Notes: generated by a model not told the origin, from the sequence alone. A stretch of 64,000 bases of DNA from an uncultured Thermomicrobiales bacterium (GCA_964244115.1 CAXTHM010000009.1:665-64664); one strand, 5' to 3'; counted from the stretch's first letter, positions 1-9,057 are shown. Numbers and translations are program-made.

Positions 1-838
1 CGAAGTAGCTCGCCCGTCGGACCGCGTTGACGAACGCCTCGCGTCCGACGTCGACCCGGGTCGCCGTCTCCTTCGGGACGATCTGCATGACGTCCGGGAA
101 CATGCCCTCGATCAGGCGGGACAGGAACTCGGTCTCTCCGATCCGGGCCAGCAGCTGGTTCCGGCTCTGCGTGATGGCGAGCTGGACCGGCTCGGTGGAA
201 TCCCCGATCAACCGAGCCATCTCGCGCATCGCCCGGGCCGGCACGATCGTCTCGATCCGCTCGGTCACCGGCTGGCTCAACTGCCCCTTCCGGATCGCCA
301 GGCGGAACCCGTCGCACGTCGCGAGGGTGAGCTGGCTCTCCTCGAACCGGGTCAGGACACCGGCGAGCACGGGACGACTGTCGTCGGTCGCGGCCGCGAA
401 CTCGACGTGGGCGATCATGTCCCGAAGCTGCTGGGGGTCGACGCTCACGGTCGTTGCGTCCGTCTCACCATCGAGGGACGGGATCACCGGGAAATCCTCG
501 GCGTCGATGCCGTTGATGCCGGCCTTGTCCCGGCCGCTGCGGACCATCAACACGGTCCGGTTCGGTTCGACCGTCAGCTCGACCGGAGCGTTCGGGAGGG
601 TATTGACGAACTCCGACAGCAGCCGGGCGTCGACGGTGATCCGCCCCTCGTCTTCCACCGCGGCCGAGATCCAGGTCGTGATCCCGATCTCGAGGTTCGT
701 TGCCGCGATCCGCAGCCGACCATCCTCGGTCGAGAGCAGGATGTTCGCCAGGACCGGCAGGGCCGTCTTCGATGCGACCGCTCGGGAAACCTGACTCAAC
801 GCCCGCTGCAACTGATCCTGCTGACAAGCGACCTTCAC
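1..838 (-). CDS. dnaN: DNA polymerase III beta sliding clamp, N-terminal part (gene runs off the window start)
   Basis: Absent from the ORF track because it is truncated. Reverse-strand translation from GTG (838) reads VKVACQQDQLQRALSQVSRAVASKTALPVLANILLSTEDGRLRIAATNLEIGITTW...GINGIDAEDFPVIP...DSRPVLAGVL, the classic beta-clamp pattern. Confidence 0.9.
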   Translation of the reverse strand, partial: MKVACQQDQLQRALSQVSRAVASKTALPVLANILLSTEDGRLRIAATNLEIGITTWISAAVEDEGRITVDARLLSEFVNTLPNAPVELTVEPNRTVLMVRSGRDKAGINGIDAEDFPVIPSLDGETDATTVSVDPQQLRDMIAHVEFAAATDDSRPVLAGVLTRFEESQLTLATCDGFRLAIRKGQLSQPVTERIETIVPARAMREMARLIGDSTEPVQLAITQSRNQLLARIGETEFLSRLIEGMFPDVMQIVPKETATRVDVGREAFVNAVRRASYF

Positions 839-1080
839 CCTTGACCCCTCCCGACCGGCGGCTACCGCCACCGCCAGACCGTCCGTACACCTCGAACGTC
901 TCGGGAGTATAGCAGCCCGCGACCCGATCCTCAGGTGTGGGCCACGATCGGGTATTACCGACCTCACCCCTTGGTGGGCCGGCGACCCGTCGATCGTGTC
1001 CACCGATCGACTGACCAGGGTCCTCGCACTTCTGCACGGTGAGACGAACGAATGACGAGACTCGACCATCCGTTGCCTGC

Positions 1081-1109
1081 TTGACACGTTATCGCCATTT
1101 TCGTACAAT
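1081..1109 (+). promoter_or_regulatory. Consensus sigma-70-type promoter TTGACA-N17-TACAAT
   Basis: ttgaca (1081-1086), a 17-nt spacer, then tacaat (1104-1109). It lies about 50 nt upstream of the ATG at 1162. Confidence 0.7.
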
Positions 1110-1110
1110 A

Positions 1111-1124
1111 CGAACACTTGTTCT
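1111..1124 (+). promoter_or_regulatory. LexA/SOS (Cheo-type) box CGAACActTGTTCt
   Basis: GAAC-N4-GTTC palindrome starting 2 nt after the -10 box. It shares ATACGAACACnTGTTC with the site upstream of ruvB. Confidence 0.6.
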
Positions 1125-1161
1125 TGTCCCTCGCAGAGGACACCTCTCGAAAGGTTGACCC

Positions 1162-1827
1162 ATGGCCGAGTCGCAGCTTCTCCCGCAGACCAACGACCGC
1201 GCCTTCGAGCCGGCCCGTCATCTGACCCGGATCAATGGCGCCGAGTACCTCGAAGTCAAGTGGCGCCTGGTCTGGCTCCGCGAGACACATCCGGACGCGT
1301 CCGTCGTCACCGAGCTGCATCACGCCGATGAGCGCCAGGCGATCTTCAAGGCCACGGTTTCGATCCCCGGCGGCGGCTCCGCCACCGGCTGGGGCAGCGA
1401 GTCACCGGGCGACTTCCGCGACTTCCTCGAGAAGGCCGAAACCAAGGCACTCGGCCGTGCCCTCGCTGCGCTCGGCTTCGGCACCCAGTTCTGCCCGGAC
1501 TACGACTTCGGCGCCGATCAGCAGCGCGTCGTCGACTCCCCTGTCCGCTTCGGCGCCGGCGGGCGGAACACCCGTCAGCAGCCGGTCGATTTCAACTCGG
1601 GCCGGGGGGCGGCCGCGGGGCGGGATGAGGGGAATGGTCCGACGGCCCGTCAGCTCTCCTATCTGAAGAACATCGCCCGCGAGGCCGGACTCGACGACGC
1701 CCAGCTCGACGACGTGATCGCCAGTCAGGTCGGCGGGACGTTCGATACCCTGGACCGCCGGTCGATGTCGCAGGTGATCGAGCACGTCAAGGGGCTCGGA
1801 TCGAACGTCACGAATCTCGCCTCCTGA
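1162..1827 (+). CDS. Rad52/Sak/DdrA-like single-strand annealing protein (putative) with a helical C-terminal tail
   Basis: 221-aa ORF with good GC3. Motifs YLEVKWRLVWLRETHPDA and KAETKALGRALAALGFG resemble the Rad52-fold SSAP core. An SD-like aaagg precedes the ATG. Confidence 0.5.
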   Translation: MAESQLLPQTNDRAFEPARHLTRINGAEYLEVKWRLVWLRETHPDASVVTELHHADERQAIFKATVSIPGGGSATGWGSESPGDFRDFLEKAETKALGRALAALGFGTQFCPDYDFGADQQRVVDSPVRFGAGGRNTRQQPVDFNSGRGAAAGRDEGNGPTARQLSYLKNIAREAGLDDAQLDDVIASQVGGTFDTLDRRSMSQVIEHVKGLGSNVTNLAS

Positions 1828-1871
1828 TCCAGCCGACGGCCCGCTGCCCCGCAACACGAACGAGGAGTTTT

Positions 1872-2069
1872 ATGACGACTTCATATGACAGTGTCAAGCC
1901 ATCGCAGTCCATCGAGACCCTCACCGCTCGGCTCGACGATGGCTACAACCGGATCGAGGCGGCGCAGGCGGTCGGCCTCGACATCACTGCCTGGGAATCG
2001 TTCTGGATCGAGCTGCTCAAGCAATATCAGGCTGCGTGCGACGCCTTCGAACTGGCCAGAGCCGCCTGA
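1872..2069 (+). CDS. Hypothetical small protein (65 aa), probably co-transcribed with the SSAP-like gene
   Basis: GAGGAG SD 5 nt upstream of the ATG and coding-like codon usage. It is followed by a long hairpin. Confidence 0.45.
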   Translation: MTTSYDSVKPSQSIETLTARLDDGYNRIEAAQAVGLDITAWESFWIELLKQYQAACDAFELARAA

Positions 2070-2089
2070 CCACCCATCTCCCGGATACC

Positions 2090-2146
2090 GGACAGCATGA
2101 GATGGGGCCGACTGGATTGCCCAGTCGGCCCCGTCTCATGCTGTCC
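2090..2146. terminator. 26-bp stem / 5-nt loop hairpin between convergent genes
   Basis: ggacagcatgagatggggccgactgg attgc ccagtcggccccgtctcatgctgtcc. It has one U.G position on the + strand and no clear U tract. Confidence 0.6.
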
Positions 2147-2164
2147 TGATTCGTCCTGGCCCGT

Positions 2165-2704
2165 CTACTTCTCGTTGACCGTGACCGACTCGATCGTCAC
2201 CGTCTCCGTCGGCTGGGAGTTCTCTCCACTCCGGCTGCGGGTGACCGGGGTGGAACCGATCGCGTCGACGACGGACATGCCGTCGGTGACCTGGCCGAAG
2301 ATGCTGTAATTCTTCGGCAGCGATCGGCTCAGGTCACCGAGGCAGACGAAGAACTGACTGCCGTTGGTGTTCGGGCCGGCGTTGGCCATGGCCAGCGTGC
2401 CCTTCTGGTAGCTGTGGTCGGACGTGAGCTCGTCGTTGAACCGATAGCCCGGCCCGCCCGAACCGGTCCCCGTCGGGTCGCCGCCCTGGAACATGAACCC
2501 GGCGATGATCCGGTGGAACACGGTCCCGTCATAGAACCCCTCGCGCGCCAGGTTGACGAAGTTGTTGACGGTGTTCGGTGCGTCGGCGGCATAGAGGTCG
2601 GCGGAGATGCTGCCCTTGCTCGTCGTGATCGTGACGGAGTAGGTCTTGCTCGGATCGATGGTCATCGCGAATGGCTTGGACCACTGCTTCTGTCCCGCTG
2701 TCAT
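2165..2704 (-). CDS. ppiB: Cyclophilin-type peptidyl-prolyl cis-trans isomerase (cytoplasmic)
   Basis: Motifs [25 protein letters not shown] and GTLAMANAGPNTNGSQFF. The start is taken at MTAGQKQ, with a GAGGAG SD, rather than the longer track ORF. Confidence 0.9.
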   Translation of the reverse strand: MTAGQKQWSKPFAMTIDPSKTYSVTITTSKGSISADLYAADAPNTVNNFVNLAREGFYDGTVFHRIIAGFMFQGGDPTGTGSGGPGYRFNDELTSDHSYQKGTLAMANAGPNTNGSQFFVCLGDLSRSLPKNYSIFGQVTDGMSVVDAIGSTPVTRSRSGENSQPTETVTIESVTVNEK

Positions 2705-2732
2705 GGGTTCTCCTCGATATGGGTAGCGTCGG

Positions 2733-3806
2733 TCAGGCGGCAGGCGTTGCAATGGGCGTGCCGGGGGTCTGGAGCACGACCGGGGTCGCGGTATCCGGCG
2801 TCGCCCCGACAGGCGTCGCCCCGCTTCCGGCGACCGGGATGCCACCCTGGAAGATCGTAACCGACTCCAGGATGACCGGGCTGACCGGGCTCGAGATCGC
2901 CCCGTCGCTGCCCTGGACGCGCTCGACCGAGGCGATCGCGTCGACCGTGTCCTGGCCAGCGATCACACGGGCGAAGTTGATGTACGTCGGGTTCGGACCG
3001 AACGTGCTCGTGTTATCGACCGTATTGATGAAGAACTGGCTCCCGGAGCTGTCTGGCGCCGCGGTCCGGGCCATGGTCACCATCCCGACGGAATAGTCGC
3101 CGACGACCGGGCTGTCGGGGATCGAATACCCCGGACCGCCCGTACCGGTCCCGGTGGGGTCGCCACCCTGGATGACGAAGTTATCGACGATCCGGTGGAA
3201 CGGGGCACCGTCGTAATAGCCGGCACGGCTCAGGCAGACGAAATTGTTGACGGCCGTTTGGGATGCGCCAGGCAACAGCTGCCAGGTCATCGTGCCGTAG
3301 TTGGTCGTCAATTCGGCGGTGTAGATCTGGGCCGGGTCGATCACCGTCGCCGGCGCGGATGTCCACTGGAGCGGCTGCTTGCCGTCGGTCGTCCGCTGCC
3401 CCTCCGTCCAGCAACCGCTCGCGACATCGCCGTCGTTCGCCAGCGCGACACCAGGTGCGGTCGGCACAGCGCCGAAGAGATCTCCGGTCGGGGCGACGGT
3501 TGGCGCAGCCGCAAGGGCAGCCGTGGCGGTAAGATCGGCGGCGGCGAGTTCCGTCCCGTCGTCGTCATCCCCGGATCGAACGGCGAAGAAGATCGCGGCG
3601 GCCGCGACGACGAGCACCGCCAGACCGCCGATCAGCCAGGCGACGGGAAGCCCAGGGGACCGCCGCGCCTGTCGTCCTCGCGCCATCCCGGAGGGCCGGT
3701 TGGGCGGGCGACCACCGGTCGATCCACCTCGCCGCTGCGTCCCGGCCGCTCCCTGCTGCTCCGCCGCGGCTCGCCATTTCTCCACGCGCTTGGTCTTCTT
3801 GGCCAA
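2733..3806 (-). CDS. Membrane-anchored cyclophilin-type peptidyl-prolyl isomerase
   Basis: C-terminal cyclophilin domain ([32 protein letters not shown]) and an N-terminal basic region plus TM helix ([24 protein letters not shown]). I prefer the TTG start at 3806 after GGAGGA; the track ORF extends to 3851. Confidence 0.85.
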   Translation of the reverse strand: MAKKTKRVEKWRAAAEQQGAAGTQRRGGSTGGRPPNRPSGMARGRQARRSPGLPVAWLIGGLAVLVVAAAAIFFAVRSGDDDDGTELAAADLTATAALAAAPTVAPTGDLFGAVPTAPGVALANDGDVASGCWTEGQRTTDGKQPLQWTSAPATVIDPAQIYTAELTTNYGTMTWQLLPGASQTAVNNFVCLSRAGYYDGAPFHRIVDNFVIQGGDPTGTGTGGPGYSIPDSPVVGDYSVGMVTMARTAAPDSSGSQFFINTVDNTSTFGPNPTYINFARVIAGQDTVDAIASVERVQGSDGAISSPVSPVILESVTIFQGGIPVAGSGATPVGATPDTATPVVLQTPGTPIATPAA

Positions 3807-3863
3807 CGAATCCTCCAACTCACCTTGTGAACACGAGCCCGCGGGCTCCACGGGACGGGACGA

Positions 3864-4943
3864 TCAGACGATCAGCATCGCGTCGCCGAACGAGAAGAAC
3901 CGGTAACGCGCATCGATCGCCGCAGTGTATGCCGCCAGGATATGGTTCCGTCCACCCAGCGCGCTGACCAGCAGCATCAGCGTCGACTTCGGCAGGTGGA
4001 AGTTGGTCAGCAGCCCATTGACGAGCACCCAGCGGTGGCCGGGAACGATGAAGATGTCGGTGTCGATCGTCAGACCGGCCGGGCGGTCATCGTCCCACTG
4101 CCGCCCGAGCGTCTCGAGCACTCGCGCGGCCGTCGTCCCGACCGCGATCACCCGGCCACCGTCCCGCCGCGTCTCCGCGATCCGCCGAGCGGTCTCGTCG
4201 GAGACGGTACACCACTCGGTGTGGATCCGGTGCTCGCTGACCCGTTCCGTCTGCATCGGCCGGAACGTATCCAATCCGACATGCAGCGTGACTTCGGACC
4301 AGCCGATCCCACGATCCTTCAGTCTCGCTCTGAGGTCGTCGGTGAAGTGCAGGCCCGCGGTCGGCGCCGCGGCGGACCCGTCGACCGAGGAATAGGTCGT
4401 CTGGTAACGCTCCTGCCCCCCGAGTCGCTCCCGGATGTAGGGCGGCAGTGGCATCTCTCCGTAGCGGTCCAGCTGGCTCGCCAGGTCGGGCGGTATCTCG
4501 ACGATGAGCTGCCCGTCGCCTTCCCCGGCCTCCACCGTGATCGTTCGGCCGCTCCGGTTGCCCGCGGCGTCGAGGATCTCGATGCGCTCGTCCGGATGGA
4601 GTCGACGGGCCGGGCGAGCCAGGGTCCGCCAGCGGTGATCGCCGAGGTTTCGGAGGAGCAGCAACTCCACCCGCCCACCCGTCTCGCTCCGAACACCGTG
4701 GAGACGCGCGGGAAGCACCCGGCTGTTGTTCGCGACGAGCAGATCTCCGGGCCGCAGGATCGCGGGGAGATCCCGGATCATCGCGTGGTCTATCGCCCCA
4801 CTCACCCGATCGAGCCGCAGCAGGCGCGACGCGTCCCGTGGTTCGATCGGCGTCTGGGCGATCAATTCCGGTGGGAGGTCGAAGTCGAAGTCGGACGCCA
4901 GGAGGTCGGACTGGGCCGGGTTCGGAGCGAGCGGATCACTCAT
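3864..4943 (-). CDS. queA: S-adenosylmethionine:tRNA ribosyltransferase-isomerase
   Basis: [24 protein letters not shown]..., GEMPLPPYI and [10 protein letters not shown] are the QueA signature. Confidence 0.92.
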   Translation of the reverse strand: MSDPLAPNPAQSDLLASDFDFDLPPELIAQTPIEPRDASRLLRLDRVSGAIDHAMIRDLPAILRPGDLLVANNSRVLPARLHGVRSETGGRVELLLLRNLGDHRWRTLARPARRLHPDERIEILDAAGNRSGRTITVEAGEGDGQLIVEIPPDLASQLDRYGEMPLPPYIRERLGGQERYQTTYSSVDGSAAAPTAGLHFTDDLRARLKDRGIGWSEVTLHVGLDTFRPMQTERVSEHRIHTEWCTVSDETARRIAETRRDGGRVIAVGTTAARVLETLGRQWDDDRPAGLTIDTDIFIVPGHRWVLVNGLLTNFHLPKSTLMLLVSALGGRNHILAAYTAAIDARYRFFSFGDAMLIV

Positions 4944-6160
4944 CCGTTGATGTCGCGGGAGCGCAACTCGTCGAACAGCTCATTGTCCTCGCGGGCATCG
5001 GCATCCAGCTCGACCGGGCGGCTCCCGAACCCGAGCTGGTGCGCGATCGGCGAGGTCGACGCTCCGGCGCCCTCGACGAGACCATACGGCCCCGACCGGA
5101 AGACCGGCTCGAGCCCGAGATGCTCGTAGGCCCGCCGGGTGGCGATCCGCCCTCGCGGGGTGCGCTGGAGGAAGCCGAGCTGAAGCAGGTAAGGCTCGTA
5201 GACGTCCATGATCGTGTCGGACTCTTCGGCCGTTGCCGCCGCCAGCGTGTCGATCCCGACCGGCCCGCCATCGAACAGCTCGACGATCGCCCGGATGATC
5301 CGGCGGTCGATATCGTCCAGCCCGAGGTCGTCGACCTCCAGCATCGCCAGGGCGTGGTCCGCCATCTCCGGCGTAATCGAGCCGGTCCCGTGGACTTGCG
5401 CGTAGTCCCGCACCCGCCGCAGGAGCCGGTTGGCGATCCGGGGCGTGCCGCGGGACCGGCGACCGATCGCCTCCGCTCCGGCCTCGTCGATCGGGACGTT
5501 CAGGATCTCGGCCGATCGGGTGATAATCTTGATCATCGCCGGCAGGTCGTAGAACTCCAGCCGCAGCACCGTCCCGAACCGGTCGCGCAGCGGCCCCGTC
5601 AGCAGCGCCAGCCGGGTCGTCGCGCCGGCGAGGGTGAACCGGGGCAGGTTGATGCGCATCGAGCGGGCCGCCGGACCCTTGCCGAGGATGATGTCGACGG
5701 CGTAGTCCTCCATCGCCGGGTACAGCACCTCCTCAACGATCCGGCTGAGTCGATGGATCTCGTCGATGAACAGCACGGAACCGGCCTGGAGGTTGGTCAG
5801 GATCGAGACGAGATCGCCCTGCCGCTCGATCGCCGGACCAGACGTGATCCGGAGATTGACGCCCATCTCCCCGGCCAGGATGCCGGCCAGCGTCGTCTTG
5901 CCCAGGCCGGGCGGCCCGTGGAACAGGACGTGGTCAAGCGGCTCGCCTCGCGCCTGGGCCGCCTTGATGAAGACGCTCAAGCTGGCCTTGACCCGGTCCT
6001 GTCCGATGTACTCGGACAACTGGAGGGGGCGGAGGCTCGTTTCCGACCGGACATCCTCCGGCTTCGAGGCCGGCGTCACCACCCGATCCTCGATCTCCCG
6101 CTCGGCCGGGGCCGGGTTGTCCTTTCGCCACTTGGTGGTCTTGGGTGCGCGCTCGCTCAT
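4940..6160 (-). CDS. ruvB: Holliday junction branch-migration helicase RuvB (with N- and C-terminal extensions)
   Basis: [15 protein letters not shown], Walker [21 protein letters not shown] and LQRTPRGR. It overlaps the queA start by 4 nt. Confidence 0.93.
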   Translation of the reverse strand: MSERAPKTTKWRKDNPAPAEREIEDRVVTPASKPEDVRSETSLRPLQLSEYIGQDRVKASLSVFIKAAQARGEPLDHVLFHGPPGLGKTTLAGILAGEMGVNLRITSGPAIERQGDLVSILTNLQAGSVLFIDEIHRLSRIVEEVLYPAMEDYAVDIILGKGPAARSMRINLPRFTLAGATTRLALLTGPLRDRFGTVLRLEFYDLPAMIKIITRSAEILNVPIDEAGAEAIGRRSRGTPRIANRLLRRVRDYAQVHGTGSITPEMADHALAMLEVDDLGLDDIDRRIIRAIVELFDGGPVGIDTLAAATAEESDTIMDVYEPYLLQLGFLQRTPRGRIATRRAYEHLGLEPVFRSGPYGLVEGAGASTSPIAHQLGFGSRPVELDADAREDNELFDELRSRDING

Positions 6161-6167
6161 AGGGAGA

Positions 6168-6173
6168 AGTATA
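6168..6173 (-). promoter_or_regulatory. Extended -10 box (TGgTATACT) ending 7 nt before the ruvB ATG (probable leaderless mRNA)
   Basis: The minus strand reads ctggtatacttctccctATG. Confidence 0.45.
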
Positions 6174-6191
6174 CCAGCGACCGGCCCGAAG

Positions 6192-6206
6192 TCGAACAGG
6201 TGTTCG
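6192..6206 (-). promoter_or_regulatory. LexA/SOS box CGAACAccTGTTCG upstream of ruvB
   Basis: Perfect 6+6 palindrome. The minus strand reads gatacGAACAccTGTTCgac and sits 18 nt upstream of the -10 box, so it covers the -35 position. Confidence 0.65.
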
Positions 6207-6235
6207 TATCAGGTCGGACAGCCGTGCCCTCGGCA

Positions 6236-6439
6236 TCAGATCGCTCGGTCGATTGGCCGAACGACCATATCCGGCTTGCCGTCGACGACGGGATAGACCC
6301 GGCCGCAGATGGCGCAGACCAGCGTCCGTTCGATGTCGTCGAGATCGCCGTGATCCAGCGGACAGACAAGGAGCTGCCGCAGAGTGGGATCGATGGGCGA
6401 TCCGGAATCAGGGTTCGATGTCTGCTCGGCCCGTTCCAT
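6236..6439 (-). CDS. Trm112/UPF0434 family small zinc-ribbon-like protein
   Basis: LLVCPLDHGDLDD...LVCAICGRVYPVVDGKPDMVV pattern. Confidence 0.75.
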   Translation of the reverse strand: MERAEQTSNPDSGSPIDPTLRQLLVCPLDHGDLDDIERTLVCAICGRVYPVVDGKPDMVVRPIDRAI

Positions 6440-6501
6440 TCCGGTTCTCTCCTAATTCGGGTCGGAGCCGCACGATCGCGGTGGTCCACCGGCGACCCCG
6501 G

Positions 6502-7263
6502 TCAGGGAGCCGCGATCGGCGTCGAGGAGATCGGGACACCCGGCGTTGCCGCCGGCGCCGCGGCGCCGAGGAGCGTCAGACGATCGCGGGCTGTCGTCGC
6601 GAGCGCGCTATCGGGACCGACGGTGAGCACCTGCTGGAACTGGGCGATGGCCTCGACGGTCCTGGGTTCCGGCTCCCAGAACTGGTAGAGGTCGCCCAGG
6701 TAGAAGATTGCCGGGATGTTGCCCGGGTCGATCGTCAGCACCCGCTGATACTGGAACTCGCTGTCCGCCTGGCGTCCGGCCTGAGTCAGCATGTCGGCGA
6801 AGTTCAGCCGGATGTCGACGTCGCCGGGATCGATCTGGAGCGCCTGCTCGTACCACTGCACCGCCTCAGTGGAGTTGCCGCCGAGCTGGAGGTACTGGGC
6901 CAGCAGGGCCGTCGCCGACGCGTCGTTCGGGTTGGCCGCAACCGTCGCGCGCTGGTCCGCGATCAGAGACGCCTGCTGATCGTTGAAAGCCTGCGGGTCG
7001 TCCTCCTGCTGGGTCCCCTGCCGACTGTTGATGTCGAGGAAGATCGTCCCCAGCGTCGAACCGACCAGCGACAGGACGACCAGGATCGCGATCGATGCGA
7101 AGACCCACTGTCCCCGTGTCGGCCGGCTGGACGATCGTCTCCGGATCACCGGTCGGCTGCTCGTCGGGGTGGCACCACCGAACCGGCGGAGGAATCGAGG
7201 CCGAGGGGAAGGCGGCCCATCAGGACCATCGCCGGAGGGGCGTCTGGAGTCGCGTGGGTTCAA
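6502..7263 (-). CDS. Membrane-anchored TPR-repeat protein
   Basis: TM helix WVFASIAILVVLSLVGSTLG followed by TPR-like repeats (AVQWYEQALQIDPGD, EFQYQRVLTIDPGN). I prefer the TTG start at 7263, 6 nt after AGGAGG; the track ORF extends to 7461. Confidence 0.7.
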   Translation of the reverse strand: MNPRDSRRPSGDGPDGPPSPRPRFLRRFGGATPTSSRPVIRRRSSSRPTRGQWVFASIAILVVLSLVGSTLGTIFLDINSRQGTQQEDDPQAFNDQQASLIADQRATVAANPNDASATALLAQYLQLGGNSTEAVQWYEQALQIDPGDVDIRLNFADMLTQAGRQADSEFQYQRVLTIDPGNIPAIFYLGDLYQFWEPEPRTVEAIAQFQQVLTVGPDSALATTARDRLTLLGAAAPAATPGVPISSTPIAAP

Positions 7264-7577
7264 CCGGATCCTCCTGGACTCAGAGTGATGGCACTGGCCC
7301 GCATCGACCTCGCCGCCGGCGATGCCGCGACACCGTGTCCCGACGCGCCGAGGTCCCGCCTCCGCTGCCCGACGTCGTGCTGCAAGGGAGGCGGGAGGAG
7401 CTACCTGATTTCCAAGACGATACCACTCCGCCCGGTGCCAGACGGTTGCCGACCAGATCACGTCGGACCGTCACGGGCGGCGGCTCAGCCAGGTCGGTCC
7501 CCATGCCGGCGTGGACGAGCGCGTCGTTGCAGGCCGGGATAATCACATGCTAGGATACGCCGGTGCTGTTCGGACCC

Positions 7578-7653
7578 GCCGACCTAGCTCAGTTGGTAGA
7601 GCAGCTGTTTCGTAAACAGCAGGTCGCCGGTTCGAGTCCGGCGGTCGGCTCCA
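7578..7653 (+). tRNA. tRNA-Thr (anticodon CGT), CCA encoded
   Basis: Acceptor gccgacc/ggtcggc, anticodon stem gctgt/acagc with loop ttCGTaa, T-loop ggttcgagtcc. Confidence 0.9.
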
Positions 7654-7700
7654 CAGCACGGACATTGACAATCCAGTGACCCGGTCCCGCGCAGTGATGC

Positions 7701-7784
7701 GCCGAAGTGGCGGAACGGCAGACGCGCTACGTTCAGGTCGTAGTGGGGAGACCCGTGGGAGTTCGAATCTCCCCTTCGGCACCA
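7701..7784 (+). tRNA. tRNA-Leu (anticodon CAG), CCA encoded
   Basis: Acceptor gccgaag/cttcggc, loop ttCAGgt, long variable arm, T-loop gagttcgaatctc. Confidence 0.9.
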
Positions 7785-7790
7785 CAGGAC

Positions 7791-8177
7791 ACGCGGGATC
7801 GGGAAACCGGATTGCCAGCAACGGCGCCGGGAAGGGCGAAAGGGCGATCGCTGGGCGAAATCCCAGAGGAAAGTCCGAGCTGCATGAGCCAGGGTGCCCG
7901 GCGACGAGCCGGGGAGACACCGGAAACGGTGTCGACAGTCCAGATCGGCGTGGGGCGACCCACGAGAGCAACAGTGACCAGAGCCGGCGGCCTCGTGCCA
8001 ATGGAGTGAAAAGGGCAATCCTCCCTGCAGCAATCTCCGAATCGACCGTTATCAGGATGGCTCACCGAGGTCGGAAGTCGAGAGCAGCCGCTCAAGCGAT
8101 GAGGCGGCCGGTCCTTCGGGGCCGAGAGAGATGATCGCCAGGAACAAAACTCGGCTTACTCTTCCCCCTTCCCGCGC
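7791..8177 (+). ncRNA. rnpB: RNase P RNA, bacterial type A (boundaries approximate)
   Basis: Conserved blocks agaGGAAAGTCCGagc (about 7865), gagtGAAAAGGGCaa (about 8005) and ACAAAACTCGGCTTAc (about 8145). P4 pairing AAG(U)CCGA/UCGGCUU shows a compensatory change relative to E. coli. P1 is gcggga/tcccgc. Confidence 0.88.
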
Positions 8178-8182
8178 CATGT

Positions 8183-8258
8183 GGTGCCTTTAGCTCAATG
8201 GCAGAGCGCCCGCCTGTGGAGCGGGAGGTTACGGGTTCGAGCCCCGTAAGGCACCCCA
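8183..8258 (+). tRNA. tRNA-His (anticodon GTG) with encoded G-1 and CCA
   Basis: G-1 opposite C73, acceptor gtgcctt/aaggcac, loop ctGTGga. Confidence 0.9.
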
Positions 8259-8263
8259 CATGG

Positions 8264-8303
8264 GATGGCCCCAGTCCTCACGGACTGGGGCCATCGCATT
8301 TTT
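8264..8303 (+). terminator. Rho-independent terminator of the tRNA/rnpB cluster
   Basis: gatggccccagtcc tcac ggactggggccatc followed by gcattttt. Confidence 0.8.
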
Positions 8304-8341
8304 CGCTCGTGATTCGTTGCGGACCGCCGGTCACCGCCGGG

Positions 8342-8923
8342 TCAGAAGCGAGGCGATGAGATCGGTGTCCCAGCGCTACGCCGCTCGCGCCACCGCCCCA
8401 CCAGCCAGCCGGCAACGCCAGCCGAGAGGATCATCAGTAGCGGCACCACCGCCGCGGTCGGTGGCGGGTCGGTCCGCACACTCGCCTCGCCACCGGTCGC
8501 CGATCGAACGATGGCCGGCACGACGGCCGTCAGCAGGTGGACGGGAAGCCAGAGCGCCGGCACCATCAGCGCCCAGGCGACCGGCCGACGTGACATGAGA
8601 GCGATCACCGCCCCGCCGATGGCAAACCCCGGCACCGCCGTCGCGATGTCGGTCGGCTCGACGCCGAACGACAGCACGAGCGTGACGAGCGTGGCCAGCC
8701 CGAGCATGGTCTGCCAGCGTGCACCCTCCCTGACCCCGAGCAGCAGCGCCGCGAGGCTGAGCATCCAGGCCATCGCCCCGACGCCGTTGATCCCCCGGGA
8801 GACCGCGCCGTCGGTCACGATGGCGAGCGCCACCACCAGCCCGGAGAGGACGAGCCCGATGGCGCCGATCCTCGTCCAGTCGGCCCTGGCTCGCCCATTC
8901 AGGAGTGCAGTGATTCGGCTCAT
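8342..8923 (-). CDS. Hypothetical integral membrane protein (about 6 hydrophobic segments)
   Basis: Hydrophobic ORF. The start is taken at MSRITALL after a GAAGGGA SD; the track ORF extends to 8977. Confidence 0.6.
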   Translation of the reverse strand: MSRITALLNGRARADWTRIGAIGLVLSGLVVALAIVTDGAVSRGINGVGAMAWMLSLAALLLGVREGARWQTMLGLATLVTLVLSFGVEPTDIATAVPGFAIGGAVIALMSRRPVAWALMVPALWLPVHLLTAVVPAIVRSATGGEASVRTDPPPTAAVVPLLMILSAGVAGWLVGRWRERRSAGTPISSPRF

Positions 8924-9057
8924 GACATTCCCTTCGAGAGCGGCTATCCCGTCACCCCGTTGACGGTACGTTCCCACCGGCCAGCCATCAAGGTCGCCGC
9001 GTCCGGAATCAGGCGTCGGCGCCCATTGCTGCTATACTCCGCGCCGGTCTTCGCCAC

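Noticed and set aside
27-1037. Track ORFs 27-794(+), 407-844(+), 465-1037(-) and 700-912(+).
   Set aside because: All overlap the truncated dnaN reading frame on the minus strand, which is the only frame with a recognisable protein. The track misses dnaN because it runs off the window.
839-1080. Possible oriC or DnaA-box cluster upstream of dnaN.
   Set aside because: I found only two 7-of-9 matches to TTGTCCACA-type boxes (gtgtccacc, tgtgggcca). There is no AT-rich unwinding element and no dnaA gene, which is too weak to call.
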